From Coriobacteriales bacterium (lineage in GTDB: Bacteria > Actinomycetota > Coriobacteriia > Coriobacteriales > UBA8131): a stretch of DNA of 64,000 nt. Under the pieces are notes generated by a model. The model did not search any database. It was not told the origin of the DNA and saw nothing but the letters and a program-made list of their open reading frames with translations. The DNA lies in NCBI GenBank assembly GCA_031290175.1, contig JAITOC010000009.1, positions 10,285 to 74,284 on the forward strand, read 5' to 3'. Below, in pieces: positions 9,423 through 18,822 of the stretch. The position numbers and the translations under genes are program-made. Positions within the stretch are counted from its first letter, which is position 1. Each line of letters opens with the position of its first letter.

Positions 9423-11045
9423 GTGGTACCTGTGTTACACGATGCAATCCACAACTTTCCGGCACTCTTGCGTTTTGCACTCAAGCGAGACCGCGTCTGG
9501 CTTGGCGCCTGGATACTGGGACTCTTGCTCTTGGGGGTATTCTTCGCGCCGATGCTCCCCGGTGTCGCTGGCAATGCTGCTGAACTCGCAGCCATGCGGC
9601 AGACCATGGAATCCCCGATGCTGGTCTCGATGACGGGCATGCTGTATGGCGATACCTACACCTACGGTGTCATGCTGGGACAGACGATGCTGACCTGGAT
9701 GGGACTCATCGCCGGCATTATGAACGTCTTTCTGGTCATCCGCCACACGCGCAAAGATGAAGAGAGCGAGCGCCTCGACCTCATCCTGGCATTGCCGGTG
9801 GGCAAGACGAGCACTCTCTTTGCAGTCATGCTTGAAGTCATCATCGCCAACCTGGTAATTGCCCTGCTCACAGGCGTTGGGCTCGCGGCTCTGCAGGTCG
9901 AGAGCATCTATCTTGGCGGCTCGATGCTCTACGGCACACTCATCGGATTGTGTGGCATCCTGTCCGCCGCCCTTGCCGCCATCTTCGCACAGCTTGCAAG
10001 CACCTCACGTGCGGCAACGGGTCTCTCCATCCTCGTGTTAGGGGTATTCTTCCTCATGCGTGCCGTGGGGGATGTGGGCAACGAGGCGCTTGCTTGCATC
10101 TCACCGCTTGGCCTCATCGAGCGCTCGGAACTTTTCGTGGGCAACTACCTCTGGCCAAGTGTCATCCTCATCATCGAGTGTGTCGCGCTGTTCCCGATAG
10201 CGTTCTGGCTCAACGGTCGGCGTGACCTGGGTCAGGGGCTTATCCCCACACGCAAGGGGCGGAGCCGTGCCTCTTTTCTGCTCAACGGCACCTGGAATCT
10301 GGCATTCAGGCTGGTGCGCACCATCGCCTTCGTCTGGATAATCGTCGCCTTTGCCCTGAGTGCAGCCTACGGCTCCGTCTTTGGTAGCATAGAGGAGTTC
10401 CTCAACTCGAGTGAACTCTTCCAAGCGGTTATCGGCGTCTCCGGTGCGGGAACCATGGCAGACTATCTCAACCCCATGGTCGCAACCTTGCAGCTCATCA
10501 TGGGGATTATCGCCACCGTCTCAGTTGTAACCCTAGTGCTGCACCTCAAGACAGAGGAGGGTCGCGGACGCCTTGAGCAGGTCTACGCAAACTCCGTCTC
10601 GCGTACCTCCACCCTGCTGGCGTATATCGTCATGGCAAGCGTGCTCGCCTTTATCGTGCAACTTACCAACGCCTTGGGCATGTGGATAGCATCATGCTTT
10701 GTTTTGACCGACCCTCTCCCCTTTATAGAGTTCCTCAAGACGAGCATGAACCTCCTGCCGGCGCTCTTGCTCTTCGTTGGGCTTGCAGCTTTCTTCATTG
10801 GTGTCATACCACGCCTTGCCGGCATCAGCTGGGCTTTCCTAGGTTACAGCTTTCTTGTAGTTTATCTGGGCGGCATGCTCAATATGCCCAAATGGGCAGA
10901 GGCTATCGCTCCTTTCAGCGCGGTTGCACGCTACCCCGTTGAGCAGATAGAGGCGGTTCCCCTCGCCGTCCTCCTCGGGCTGTATCTGCTGCTGTGCGGC
11001 ATTGGGCTTATCACCTACCGACGCCGCGATTTGAAAACGGGGTGA
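9423..11045 (+). CDS. ABC-2 type exporter permease, about 12 TM (COG3559/TnrB3-like putative antibiotic exporter)
   Basis: 540 aa and highly hydrophobic throughout. It directly follows the ATPase and has a GTG start. The family name comes from size, topology and TetR/ATPase context only. Confidence 0.7.
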   Translation: MVPVLHDAIHNFPALLRFALKRDRVWLGAWILGLLLLGVFFAPMLPGVAGNAAELAAMRQTMESPMLVSMTGMLYGDTYTYGVMLGQTMLTWMGLIAGIMNVFLVIRHTRKDEESERLDLILALPVGKTSTLFAVMLEVIIANLVIALLTGVGLAALQVESIYLGGSMLYGTLIGLCGILSAALAAIFAQLASTSRAATGLSILVLGVFFLMRAVGDVGNEALACISPLGLIERSELFVGNYLWPSVILIIECVALFPIAFWLNGRRDLGQGLIPTRKGRSRASFLLNGTWNLAFRLVRTIAFVWIIVAFALSAAYGSVFGSIEEFLNSSELFQAVIGVSGAGTMADYLNPMVATLQLIMGIIATVSVVTLVLHLKTEEGRGRLEQVYANSVSRTSTLLAYIVMASVLAFIVQLTNALGMWIASCFVLTDPLPFIEFLKTSMNLLPALLLFVGLAAFFIGVIPRLAGISWAFLGYSFLVVYLGGMLNMPKWAEAIAPFSAVARYPVEQIEAVPLAVLLGLYLLLCGIGLITYRRRDLKTG

Positions 11046-11054
11046 GGAGGGCTA

Positions 11055-11738
11055 TCAAGCGAGGCCGTATTTTTGTTTTACTCGTGTGATCTTGCGGCTC
11101 CAAGGGGCATAAAGCAACAGGAGGAAGAGCAGAGTCGAGATGTCATGGGCGACGGTCATCGGGATGCCGAGAAGATAGACCGAGACCACCATCTCTACCG
11201 AGGTTGGATGGACGAAGGCAAGCAGGTGGTAGGTATCGAAGAATATCCCATAGACCACTGAAGCGAGCACCCCATAGGTCACCACCTGCCAGCGCAGCTT
11301 GAGCAGCCCCGCCGAGACAAGTGCCCCCGAGCCGTAGCCCATCATGCCCCAAAGATACATCTGCCAGGGCGTCCAATGCCCTTGACCGAGGAACATATTG
11401 GACACGAGCGCTGCGATGGCGCCTACCATGAAGCCCTGCTGGCGTCCAAAGCTGACCCCAGCGATGATGACTATCGCACTCACTGGCATGAAGTTGGGCA
11501 GGGCGACGAACACCAGACGCGAGACCACCGCTAGAGCGGCGAGCACGACGATGGGCATAATGTCACGGGCGCGCACTGCCGCTGCCTCAAAACGAGCGAA
11601 CGCGAGAAAGATCGCAAGCAGGGCGACGAGCGCACTCAGAAGCGCGGTCTGTTTCACCCCGAACACGATGCAGACCACAAGCACGATGGGCACAAGTGCC
11701 AGCGCAATCGGTTCGAGAATGCGGAGGAAGGTCTTCAT
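11055..11738 (-). CDS. ECF transporter substrate-capture (S) component, putative corrinoid-specific
   Basis: 227 aa with about 6 TM. It is the last gene of the riboswitch-controlled ECF operon and has an ATGA overlap with the ATPase gene. Specificity is inferred from the riboswitch only. Confidence 0.6.
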   Translation of the reverse strand: MKTFLRILEPIALALVPIVLVVCIVFGVKQTALLSALVALLAIFLAFARFEAAAVRARDIMPIVVLAALAVVSRLVFVALPNFMPVSAIVIIAGVSFGRQQGFMVGAIAALVSNMFLGQGHWTPWQMYLWGMMGYGSGALVSAGLLKLRWQVVTYGVLASVVYGIFFDTYHLLAFVHPTSVEMVVSVYLLGIPMTVAHDISTLLFLLLLYAPWSRKITRVKQKYGLA

Positions 11739-13525
11739 CCAAGTGCCCGCCCCAGCACATCATCGAGGGTGACGCAACCGGGGAGGATGCCGCGTGTGAT
11801 GCGGTTTATATCCGTTGCATAAAAGAGGTTGCCATCGAAGAACTCCTTGGGCTTTCCGGCACCCGCAAGCTGTCCGTTGAACAGGAGGACGCACTCATCT
11901 GCGTATTCTGCGGTGAAGGCAAGGTCATGACTCGCAATGATTATCGACCTGCCCAGCGCAACGAGGTTTCGGAGGAGTATCCCAAGCTCTTGTTTTGCTG
12001 CGGCGTCTATGCCCTTGGTCGGCTCATCAAGGAGGAGGATGTCGGGATTGGTGAGTAGGAGCTTGGCGAGTGCGACCTTCTGCTGCTCACCGGCGGAGAT
12101 GTCATAGGGATGTCGATTCACAAGGTGCGTGAGCCTGAACTCCTCCAAAATCCCCTGAACTGCCTCCCTGTCAGAGCCAAAACCTGTGGCTCCCTCCTCA
12201 AGATCCTCGCGCACCGTATCGCGTATGAGTATCGCCTTGACATCCTGCGGGAGAGCCGCTCGACGTAGTTTTCCTTCGACGCGCACGCGGCCACGCTGCG
12301 GCTTCCGTACACCTGCAAGTGCGAAGAGAAGCGTGCTCTTGCCGCTCCCGTTTGACCCGAGAATGGCGTGGATGCGTCCCCGACGCGCAGCGACGTCCAC
12401 TCCTTTGAGCACGAAGCCGTGCTCCTTGCCATAGGAGAACCAGAGGTCGTGCGTTGTGAGCACGGGGGCAGAAGCCCTCTCTGTCTCTGCGCCTGAAAGC
12501 AACTCCTGAAACCCTGGGGCTGCGCCTGAGTTCAGCTTTTGGATTGCCGCATCCTTACGCGCACACACCACCGCCTGCAGCAGATTGCGGGCATCGCGAA
12601 CAGTCGTTGGCGTGTCCTGCGCTCCGGTGGGTAGTTCCAACCCCTCTTCAGGCATGGGTTGGCATTTGTCTTCTCGTGCAGCGAGTGTCAGTGCGAGTTG
12701 CGTGGCAGCCGGAAGCGCTGGCAGATACAGGGGCTTTTCAGTTGTACAGAAGACAATGAAATCCTGCACTCCACCGTCAAAAACCCTGCGCCCCTCATCG
12801 AGGAAGACAACAGTTTCACACAAGGGAAGCAGGTCGCTCAGATGATGCTCGGCGATGAGGATTGTTATGCCCAGCTCTTGATTCACTCGGTACAGTGCGC
12901 TCAGGAACTCCTTGGAGGCCAATGGATCGAGCTGGGAAGTCGGCTCGTCAAGGAGGAGCAGGACGGGGTGCATGGTCATAATGGCGGCAAGGTTCAGCAG
13001 TTGCTTCTGGCCGCCGGAGAGCTCTGAGGTCTTCTTGTCAAACCAACCACTTATACCGAAGAAGGCGGCTATCTCCGCCACGCGACGTTGGATGACCGCG
13101 CTGGGAAGCGCAAGGTTCTCAAGCCCAAAGGCGAGTTCTTCTCCTACGGTGTCGGTGACGATCTGTGCTTCAGCGTCCTGCATGACAAAGCCGATGCGCC
13201 CGGGATCCTCACTATGAGAGTCCTGCTGTGTGATGGTTAGTTCAGACCCGAGCACCTCCACGATCCCCTGCCGCAGACCCTGAGGTGCAAGCTCGGCCTT
13301 CAGGCACTGGAGAAGCGTGCTCTTGCCACATCCCGTCATGCCTGCAAGCAGCGTGAACGAGCCTACCGGCACACGCAGGTCGTCGATGTCGAGAGTCGGT
13401 TTACTCGCAGCACCCACACAAGGCTCACCGCCCGAGCAGGCAACGTAATCTGCACGAGCCAAAGCAGCAGAGGCAGCCTCCGGCGGATACGCAAACGAGA
13501 AACCCGTCAGCTTGACAGCATCCAT
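11735..13525 (-). CDS. ECF transporter fused double ATPase (EcfA-EcfA')
   Basis: 596 aa with two ABC cassettes. Walker A motifs GMTGCGKSTLL and GSNGSGKSTLL; signatures LSGGQKQ and ISAGEQQ. Confidence 0.9.
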   Translation of the reverse strand: MDAVKLTGFSFAYPPEAASAALARADYVACSGGEPCVGAASKPTLDIDDLRVPVGSFTLLAGMTGCGKSTLLQCLKAELAPQGLRQGIVEVLGSELTITQQDSHSEDPGRIGFVMQDAEAQIVTDTVGEELAFGLENLALPSAVIQRRVAEIAAFFGISGWFDKKTSELSGGQKQLLNLAAIMTMHPVLLLLDEPTSQLDPLASKEFLSALYRVNQELGITILIAEHHLSDLLPLCETVVFLDEGRRVFDGGVQDFIVFCTTEKPLYLPALPAATQLALTLAAREDKCQPMPEEGLELPTGAQDTPTTVRDARNLLQAVVCARKDAAIQKLNSGAAPGFQELLSGAETERASAPVLTTHDLWFSYGKEHGFVLKGVDVAARRGRIHAILGSNGSGKSTLLFALAGVRKPQRGRVRVEGKLRRAALPQDVKAILIRDTVREDLEEGATGFGSDREAVQGILEEFRLTHLVNRHPYDISAGEQQKVALAKLLLTNPDILLLDEPTKGIDAAAKQELGILLRNLVALGRSIIIASHDLAFTAEYADECVLLFNGQLAGAGKPKEFFDGNLFYATDINRITRGILPGCVTLDDVLGRALG

Positions 13526-14352
13526 CTCAACTTGTCACCTCCCTGAATCAACAGCGGTAACACCATGATTAGGGCATAGGGCAGCTGTTGCCACACAGAG
13601 CCCGACGCACTGATATAGGGATAGAACAGGTAGCCCCGCAACCCAAGCACGAGCGAGACCGCTGCAGCCATCACAAGCAGCAGCAACGCGGCGAACAACA
13701 GGCTTTCGTAGCGTCGCCAGCGCAGAGGGCGATAGCTGCTGCGTTTGCGCATCCCATAACCACGCGCCTTCATCGACGCAGCCGTTACAAGCCCCGACTC
13801 CATGCTCCAACCCATCAGCGCCGAGGTCATCGTTGATAGCCAACGGAGACGCACTATCCCCTTCTCCCCTGTTGCAAGCGCAGTATGGGCATCCTGCAAA
13901 GCCGTCGCACGATTGCTAAGGCGTGGGATAAAAGCAAAGACCATGGAGACAATCAGGCTTGTGCCGGGCAGGATCCGGCCAAAGACGATACGTATGCCCG
14001 CCGCACCAACCACCTCCTGATAACAACTGAACCAGAGGATGACGGAGGCAAGCAGCACGCCCGAAGTCAGACCAAAGACAAGAGCCTCAAGAGTAATGGG
14101 GTTGCCACCCGGCTTAGCAAGAACGGTGAGACCAGCGTGGTTGAATCCGGCATTGAATGCCGTCATGACGAGGACAAAGAGCAGGAGCCAGGCGCAGAGC
14201 CGCAGACTCGCCCGCAGCCCCTTGAAGCAGATGTAGGCCGTCAGAGCGCCCGCGAAGGAGAGTGCTGCGTAGACCGGATGCAGCGCGCACATCGAGAGCG
14301 CTATGACAGCCGCAAAGTACAAGAAGAGTACCAAAGGGTGAAAATCCCTCAT
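13507..14352 (-). CDS. ECF transporter transmembrane (T) component, CbiQ/EcfT family
   Basis: 281 aa polytopic protein with the EcfT-type coupling motif region SMKARGYG. It overlaps the ATPase gene by 19 nt. Confidence 0.85.
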   Translation of the reverse strand: MRDFHPLVLFLYFAAVIALSMCALHPVYAALSFAGALTAYICFKGLRASLRLCAWLLLFVLVMTAFNAGFNHAGLTVLAKPGGNPITLEALVFGLTSGVLLASVILWFSCYQEVVGAAGIRIVFGRILPGTSLIVSMVFAFIPRLSNRATALQDAHTALATGEKGIVRLRWLSTMTSALMGWSMESGLVTAASMKARGYGMRKRSSYRPLRWRRYESLLFAALLLLVMAAAVSLVLGLRGYLFYPYISASGSVWQQLPYALIMVLPLLIQGGDKLRWMLSS

Positions 14353-14362
14353 GGCAACGGAA

Positions 14363-14926
14363 CTACTCCCAGGAAGTGACGTAAACCCACTTGATTATAT
14401 CGCCATCATTGGCGAGGGTAACATCGGCACCCTCCGCGGCGAACTCATCATTGATGAAGAAGGTCCAACCCGCCTCTGGGGTCACAGCACCCTCACTCAG
14501 ACCCTCGATTGCACTCACATAGGTACCGAATGAAGCCGTTGTCGTTCCGACCGTGATGCCTGCATAGCGCGTTGCATCGAGGATATTTGTACCATCCTCG
14601 ACCTCGATCGTCGAGGTGAAAGTGTTCCCGCCCTTAAGCTCAGCGATAGCGAGAGCCGTGGGGTCTTCCGCCTCAACGGCTGCCGAGATGTCCACCGTCA
14701 CGGTAATGGTCACCGCATTGGGGACGGGAATGTTCGCATCAGTCTGTGACCCCGACGGCGTCTCGGTCGGAGTGTCGTTGTTTGCGCCCCCGGGCGTCTC
14801 TGCCGGCGTTGTGCAGCCTGCAAGCGCAAGCCCGCTTAGCGCAAGCAACAGCGCCAAGGCAAAAGCCGCCAGCCTTCTTTGGATGAACCTTTGTTTCGCT
14901 TCCCCCTGCTTTGCTTCTCCCTGCAT
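14363..14926 (-). CDS. DUF4430-domain lipoprotein (transcobalamin-like fold family), putative extracytoplasmic corrinoid binder
   Basis: Lipobox LALAGC. The C-terminal pattern GWTFFINDEFAAEGADVTLANDGDIIKWVY matches my memory of the DUF4430 signature. It is the first gene after the cobalamin riboswitch. Confidence 0.7.
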   Translation of the reverse strand: MQGEAKQGEAKQRFIQRRLAAFALALLLALSGLALAGCTTPAETPGGANNDTPTETPSGSQTDANIPVPNAVTITVTVDISAAVEAEDPTALAIAELKGGNTFTSTIEVEDGTNILDATRYAGITVGTTTASFGTYVSAIEGLSEGAVTPEAGWTFFINDEFAAEGADVTLANDGDIIKWVYVTSWE

Positions 14927-14964
14927 GTTTCCTTCCCTTCCGTCGGGAGGGCAGGCATAAGAAT

Positions 14965-14992
14965 GCCCGCGACCTCGTTAGATGTCGCGGGC
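14965..14992 (-). terminator. riboswitch expression-platform hairpin (terminator or sequestrator)
   Basis: GCCCGCGAC / GTCGCGGGC form a 9-bp stem, followed on the mRNA by AUUCUU. It lies between the aptamer and the RBS GGGAAGGAAAC of the lipoprotein gene. Confidence 0.45.
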
Positions 14993-15034
14993 CGTATTTC
15001 CGCGTTGCGCGGGCAATAGCTCGTTGCCACACGT

Positions 15035-15145
15035 ATTTGAACTCCTGCAGGCATTCTGACTCACGTCTTTAGTAGACGCTCACAGCGGCGGCACCGTTCA
15101 GGATTCACACCTGATTTCCTTCGCACAGAGTTTAGGGCTTCTCCA
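15035..15145 (-). promoter_or_regulatory. cobalamin (B12) riboswitch aptamer
   Basis: The minus-strand RNA reads GCGAAGGAAAUCAGGUGUGAAUCCUGAACGGUGCCGCCGCUGUGAGCG...GUGAGUCAGAAUGCCUGCAGG. This matches the conserved core (AGGGAA..GGUG.AA.UCC..ACGG.CCCGCCACUGU) and a B12-box-like AGUCAGAAUGCCUGC. A TATACT -10 element sits at 15145-15150 just upstream. Confidence 0.8.
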
Positions 15146-15170
15146 GTATAACCTACCTTACGGCACTGGG

Positions 15171-15380
15171 CTATAGCTGTGCCGTAAAACCTGCTTCTTC
15201 CACGGCCTTTTTCATGGCGTCGGCGGTCACGCTGGCATCGTGCTTGACGACCGCTTCTGCCTTGTCAAGGCTGACCTTAGCCTTCTTCACGCCCGGAAGT
15301 TGCTCAAGCGCCTCAGTTACCGCCTTCACGCAGTGCTGGCAACTCATGCCTGTTACACCGATGCTTGTCTTCTCGCTCAT
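15171..15380 (-). CDS. copZ: heavy-metal-associated (HMA) domain copper chaperone
   Basis: 69 aa with the metal-binding motif GMSCQHCVKAV. Confidence 0.85.
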   Translation of the reverse strand: MSEKTSIGVTGMSCQHCVKAVTEALEQLPGVKKAKVSLDKAEAVVKHDASVTADAMKKAVEEAGFTAQL

Positions 15381-15422
15381 GGTGGATCCTTTCTCTGTTT
15401 GATACCGGTGGGCTGCCCGACG

Positions 15423-16277
15423 TCAGGCGTCAAGACCCTGAACGACGATGCCAAGAAGGCCTGGCCCTGTGTGTACGATGAGGGCAGGAGAGATAACGCC
15501 CCTGAAAACTTGCTTCGCGCGGGGGAAATACTCTTTGACGCGTGCGAGCACCTTCTCTGCATCGTCTCTCGCACCCGTGTGCATGATGCCGACATTGTAG
15601 GAGCTGAAGTGCTCCGCCATATCCCGTGCGTGTTTGACGAGTTTCTTGATCGAGGGAATACGTCCACGCGCCGTGCTCACGACGGAATAGGTGCCCTTGT
15701 CATTGCAGGAGATGATGGGTTTAATGTTGAGCACGCTGCCAAGAAGGTATACGACCTCACCGATGCGCCCGCCCGCCTTGAGGTACTCAAGGGTCTCAAG
15801 GCAGAAGAATACCTTGGAGTCCCGTACCCGTGCCAGTATGCGCTCCTCAAGGTGTTCAAAGGAGGTGCCACCTGCGATAAGGCGACCAGCAGCTATGGCG
15901 CTCACACCTGCCCCGAGACCGATGCTCTTCGTGTCGATGAAGATGCACTCCAGCTCGGGCACCTGCTGCGCTGCCAGGCGCATGGCCTCATGCGTCCCTG
16001 ACAGCCCAGATGAGATCGTAACCACAACAGCCTGGGTAAAGCCGTCAGCAAGCACTGTCTTGAATGTCTCGGTGAGTTCTCCCAATGTGGGAAGCGAAGT
16101 CTTCGGTATCTCGATGGCGAGGCGTCTCTCCACCTCAGCGGAGTCGATATCGATCCCATCCCGGTAGGTGTGATCCGCATAGTTAACAAGCAACGGTATC
16201 TTGTAGAGCTTAACATCGGGCACGTAAGCAGAAACGACATCGGTTCCTGAATCGACTACGAGTGCGATCGGGTTCAT
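15423..16277 (-). CDS. DegV family fatty-acid-binding protein
   Basis: 284 aa with the DegV-type N-terminus IALVVDSGTDV and family-typical length. Confidence 0.8.
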   Translation of the reverse strand: MNPIALVVDSGTDVVSAYVPDVKLYKIPLLVNYADHTYRDGIDIDSAEVERRLAIEIPKTSLPTLGELTETFKTVLADGFTQAVVVTISSGLSGTHEAMRLAAQQVPELECIFIDTKSIGLGAGVSAIAAGRLIAGGTSFEHLEERILARVRDSKVFFCLETLEYLKAGGRIGEVVYLLGSVLNIKPIISCNDKGTYSVVSTARGRIPSIKKLVKHARDMAEHFSSYNVGIMHTGARDDAEKVLARVKEYFPRAKQVFRGVISPALIVHTGPGLLGIVVQGLDA

Positions 16278-16416
16278 CCAAGGCTCCTTTGTTGCAGCAA
16301 TAGGATCGGGAGTATCGTGCGCCCTAATTATGCCATGACATCTGCCTGTTAGCCCCCTTATTGTTCAGTTTTTTGACACATGCCAGCGCACTGCCCTTGT
16401 GGACGGTAGCCGTAGG

Positions 16417-17052
16417 TTAAAAGCCGAGAAGGTTCTTGGCAACACACACGGCCTTTGTTGCATCCTCTGAATACGCATCGGCTCCAACCTCATCGCAATA
16501 GGCCTGCGAGACGGCTGCCCCACCGATCATGACCTTGACGCGCTTACGAAGCCCTGCTTTTGTGAGCGCGTTGAGTATGCCCTCTATGCGCGTCATCGTT
16601 GTGGCGAGGAGCGCGGACAGAGCAACGATATCGGGCTTATTCTCCATGACTCCGGCGACAATCCGCTCGGCGGATACGTCAACGCCTAAATCCACTACTT
16701 CGAACCCAGCTCCTTGCAGCATATGCTTGACAAGAGTCTTGCCTATATCGTGCATATCGCCTTCAACCGTCGCTATAATGACCCTCCCCAACGGCTTGGC
16801 GTCAGGCAGCACAAATTCACCTATGAGCAGGCTCGTTCCAACGTTATAGGCTTTCGTTGCATTGAGTACCTCAGGGATAAAAGCCTCGCTGTCCCTGAAC
16901 CGGACTCCCAGTACATACATTCCCTTGAGTAATCCCTCATCAAGGATCTTCTGTGCAGGTATCCCCGACTCCAGCGCCTGAGTGACGAGAAGGGAAACCT
17001 CTCGTATCTGTCCTTTTTGGACATGCTGAGATATAGATTCCAAAATATCCAA
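16417..17052 (-). CDS. cobalamin-binding corrinoid protein (MtaC/MtbC-like), stand-alone
   Basis: 211 aa with an N-terminal helical cap plus a Rossmann B12 domain carrying the DxHxxG motif (GDMHDIGK). It is a clear paralog of the MtaC-like gene at 44224-44856. Confidence 0.9.
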   Translation of the reverse strand: MDILESISQHVQKGQIREVSLLVTQALESGIPAQKILDEGLLKGMYVLGVRFRDSEAFIPEVLNATKAYNVGTSLLIGEFVLPDAKPLGRVIIATVEGDMHDIGKTLVKHMLQGAGFEVVDLGVDVSAERIVAGVMENKPDIVALSALLATTMTRIEGILNALTKAGLRKRVKVMIGGAAVSQAYCDEVGADAYSEDATKAVCVAKNLLGF

Positions 17053-17181
17053 CGGTCATCCTTTCCCCGTAGCACTGTCAACATATCTGCACGTTGCAAA
17101 GTGCACCCGATGCTCGTAATGATAGGACGAGATGGATACCACCATTTTCATGATAAAGCCATGTACCTATTCTGCCTCGCT

Positions 17182-17210
17182 ATTATATAATCGGTTTTGG
17201 TGAGTTCCAA
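17182..17210 (-). promoter_or_regulatory. near-consensus sigma-70 promoter for the stand-alone corrinoid protein gene
   Basis: On the minus strand: TTGGAA (17210-17205), a 17-nt spacer, then TATAAT (17187-17182), about 130 nt upstream of the start at 17052. Confidence 0.55.
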
Positions 17211-17265
17211 CCAATTTTGTGCCTTAGAGCGTGAGTGGATTGTCTCCTCCTGCGACTAGCGCCGT

Positions 17266-17718
17266 CTACTCCTTGTTCGCCAACTCATCTTTGGCTGCTT
17301 TCGCAGCCTTGGCGGCGGCTATGCGAGCCTCCTTCTCTCTGGCGGCGATCTCTTGAGCAGCTTTGTCCTCGGGTGAAAGTTCGGGCTTCGTAATAGAGCG
17401 TGAGCACTTCTCGGTGCTTGCGCCGGTATACTGGGGCAACATCGTGAGACAGTCCTTTGGGCAGGTACGAATGCAGGAGTAGCACTGGATGCAGGCAAAG
17501 GGATCGATGATCCAGGTCTCAGCGGGCTTATCCACTGTTATGGCAAGCGAGGGACACTTCTTCTCGCAGATACCACAAAGAATGCAGACCTCGATGTCGT
17601 TTACTACATGCCCTTTGGTCATGGGTGTAAAAGTAGGTGCTATCACGGGATACATCTTGGTGGCCGGCTTCTTGAACAGATTGCGTAACGACATCTTAGT
17701 GAGATGGAAACTTCCCAT
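17266..17718 (-). CDS. echF: Ech hydrogenase 2x[4Fe-4S] ferredoxin-like subunit (NuoI/HycF-like)
   Basis: 150 aa with two CxxCxxCxxxCP motifs (CILCGICEKKCP, CIQCYSCIRTCP) and a Lys/Ala-rich C-terminal tail. Confidence 0.85.
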   Translation of the reverse strand: MGSFHLTKMSLRNLFKKPATKMYPVIAPTFTPMTKGHVVNDIEVCILCGICEKKCPSLAITVDKPAETWIIDPFACIQCYSCIRTCPKDCLTMLPQYTGASTEKCSRSITKPELSPEDKAAQEIAAREKEARIAAAKAAKAAKDELANKE

Positions 17719-17732
17719 GATCCTTTCACTCC

Positions 17733-18821
17733 CTATCGTTCGGTACAGCTGATACAGGGGTCGATAGTTAATACGTTGAGCGGGACGTCTGCGAGGTCAC
17801 AGCCTTGCAGGGTCTTCGTCATTCCAGCGATGTTCTGTGAAGTGGGGGTGCGGATGCGGAAGCGTTCAAGATACTTTGTGCCATTTCCTTTAGCATAATA
17901 GAAGCATTCTCCACGCGGTTGCTCAAGGCGTGAAACGGCAATGGAGTCAGCTCCTGGCGCCCCTTTGACAGACGTCATAAGGGGTGTGTCTGGTATCTTG
18001 TCCACAAGCTCGGCGATAATATCCATCGATTGCAGCACCTCACGGGCACGCACTTCGCAACGGGCATAGCCATCACCGCGCTTGGAGGTGATGGGCTCAA
18101 AAGAGGCGAGCGCGCTGTAGCCGCCATACCCGTAGCTGCGGATGTCCTCCTCGACACCGGACGCGCGCGCAAAAGGCCCCACGATGCAGAGATCCTGGGC
18201 TTCCTCTTTACTGAGGTAACCCACGCCACCCAGGCGGTTTTGAACCGAGCGATCTCTGAAGAATGTCTTTGACAACTCACCGAACTCGCCACGCATGCCA
18301 TCGAGCACGCGCACGATACCGCGCAGATCCTCGTCAAAAATGTCCTGGTTGACCCCACCTACATTGCAGGCAGAGAGTATGACGCGGCCACCGGTAGTCG
18401 CCTCAAAGATGTCGAGTACGCGCTCGCGCAAACGCCAGCACTGCATGAATAAGTTCTCATAGCCAAAACCGTCCGCAAGCAGACCGAGCCAGAGCAGATG
18501 GCTGTGAACACGCGAGAGTTCGTGCCATATTACGCGCAGGAACTCGGCGCGGCGAGGGACCTCGATACTCATGAGAACCTCGATGGTCTGTGAGTAGCCG
18601 AGGCTGTGCCCGAAGCTACAGATACCGCAGATGCGCTCCGTTACCGCGACAAAGGCCGTGTAATCCTTTTTCTGCACGAGCTTCTCAAGGCCACGGTGGA
18701 CAAATCCGAGTTGCGGGATCGCCTCGATGACCTTCTCGTCCTCGATGATGAGGTCGAGATGCACCGGCTCGGGCAACACGGGGTGCTGAGGGCCAAAGGG
18801 TATGACGGTTCGCTGTCCCAT
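17733..18821 (-). CDS. echE: Ech-type group-4 [NiFe] hydrogenase large subunit (NuoD-like)
   Basis: 362 aa. Has the N-terminal Ni-binding motif RICGICSFGH and C-terminal DPCISCTER. It ends at that motif, so there is no cleavable extension, as in Ech/Coo enzymes. Confidence 0.9.
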   Translation of the reverse strand: MGQRTVIPFGPQHPVLPEPVHLDLIIEDEKVIEAIPQLGFVHRGLEKLVQKKDYTAFVAVTERICGICSFGHSLGYSQTIEVLMSIEVPRRAEFLRVIWHELSRVHSHLLWLGLLADGFGYENLFMQCWRLRERVLDIFEATTGGRVILSACNVGGVNQDIFDEDLRGIVRVLDGMRGEFGELSKTFFRDRSVQNRLGGVGYLSKEEAQDLCIVGPFARASGVEEDIRSYGYGGYSALASFEPITSKRGDGYARCEVRAREVLQSMDIIAELVDKIPDTPLMTSVKGAPGADSIAVSRLEQPRGECFYYAKGNGTKYLERFRIRTPTSQNIAGMTKTLQGCDLADVPLNVLTIDPCISCTER

Positions 18822-18822
18822 A

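Noticed and set aside
14891-14926. Tandem duplication encoding QGEAK-QGEAK at the start of the DUF4430 lipoprotein.
   Set aside because: It is only two copies of a 15-nt unit in the signal-peptide n-region. This looks like a slippage duplication, not a repeat array or regulatory element.
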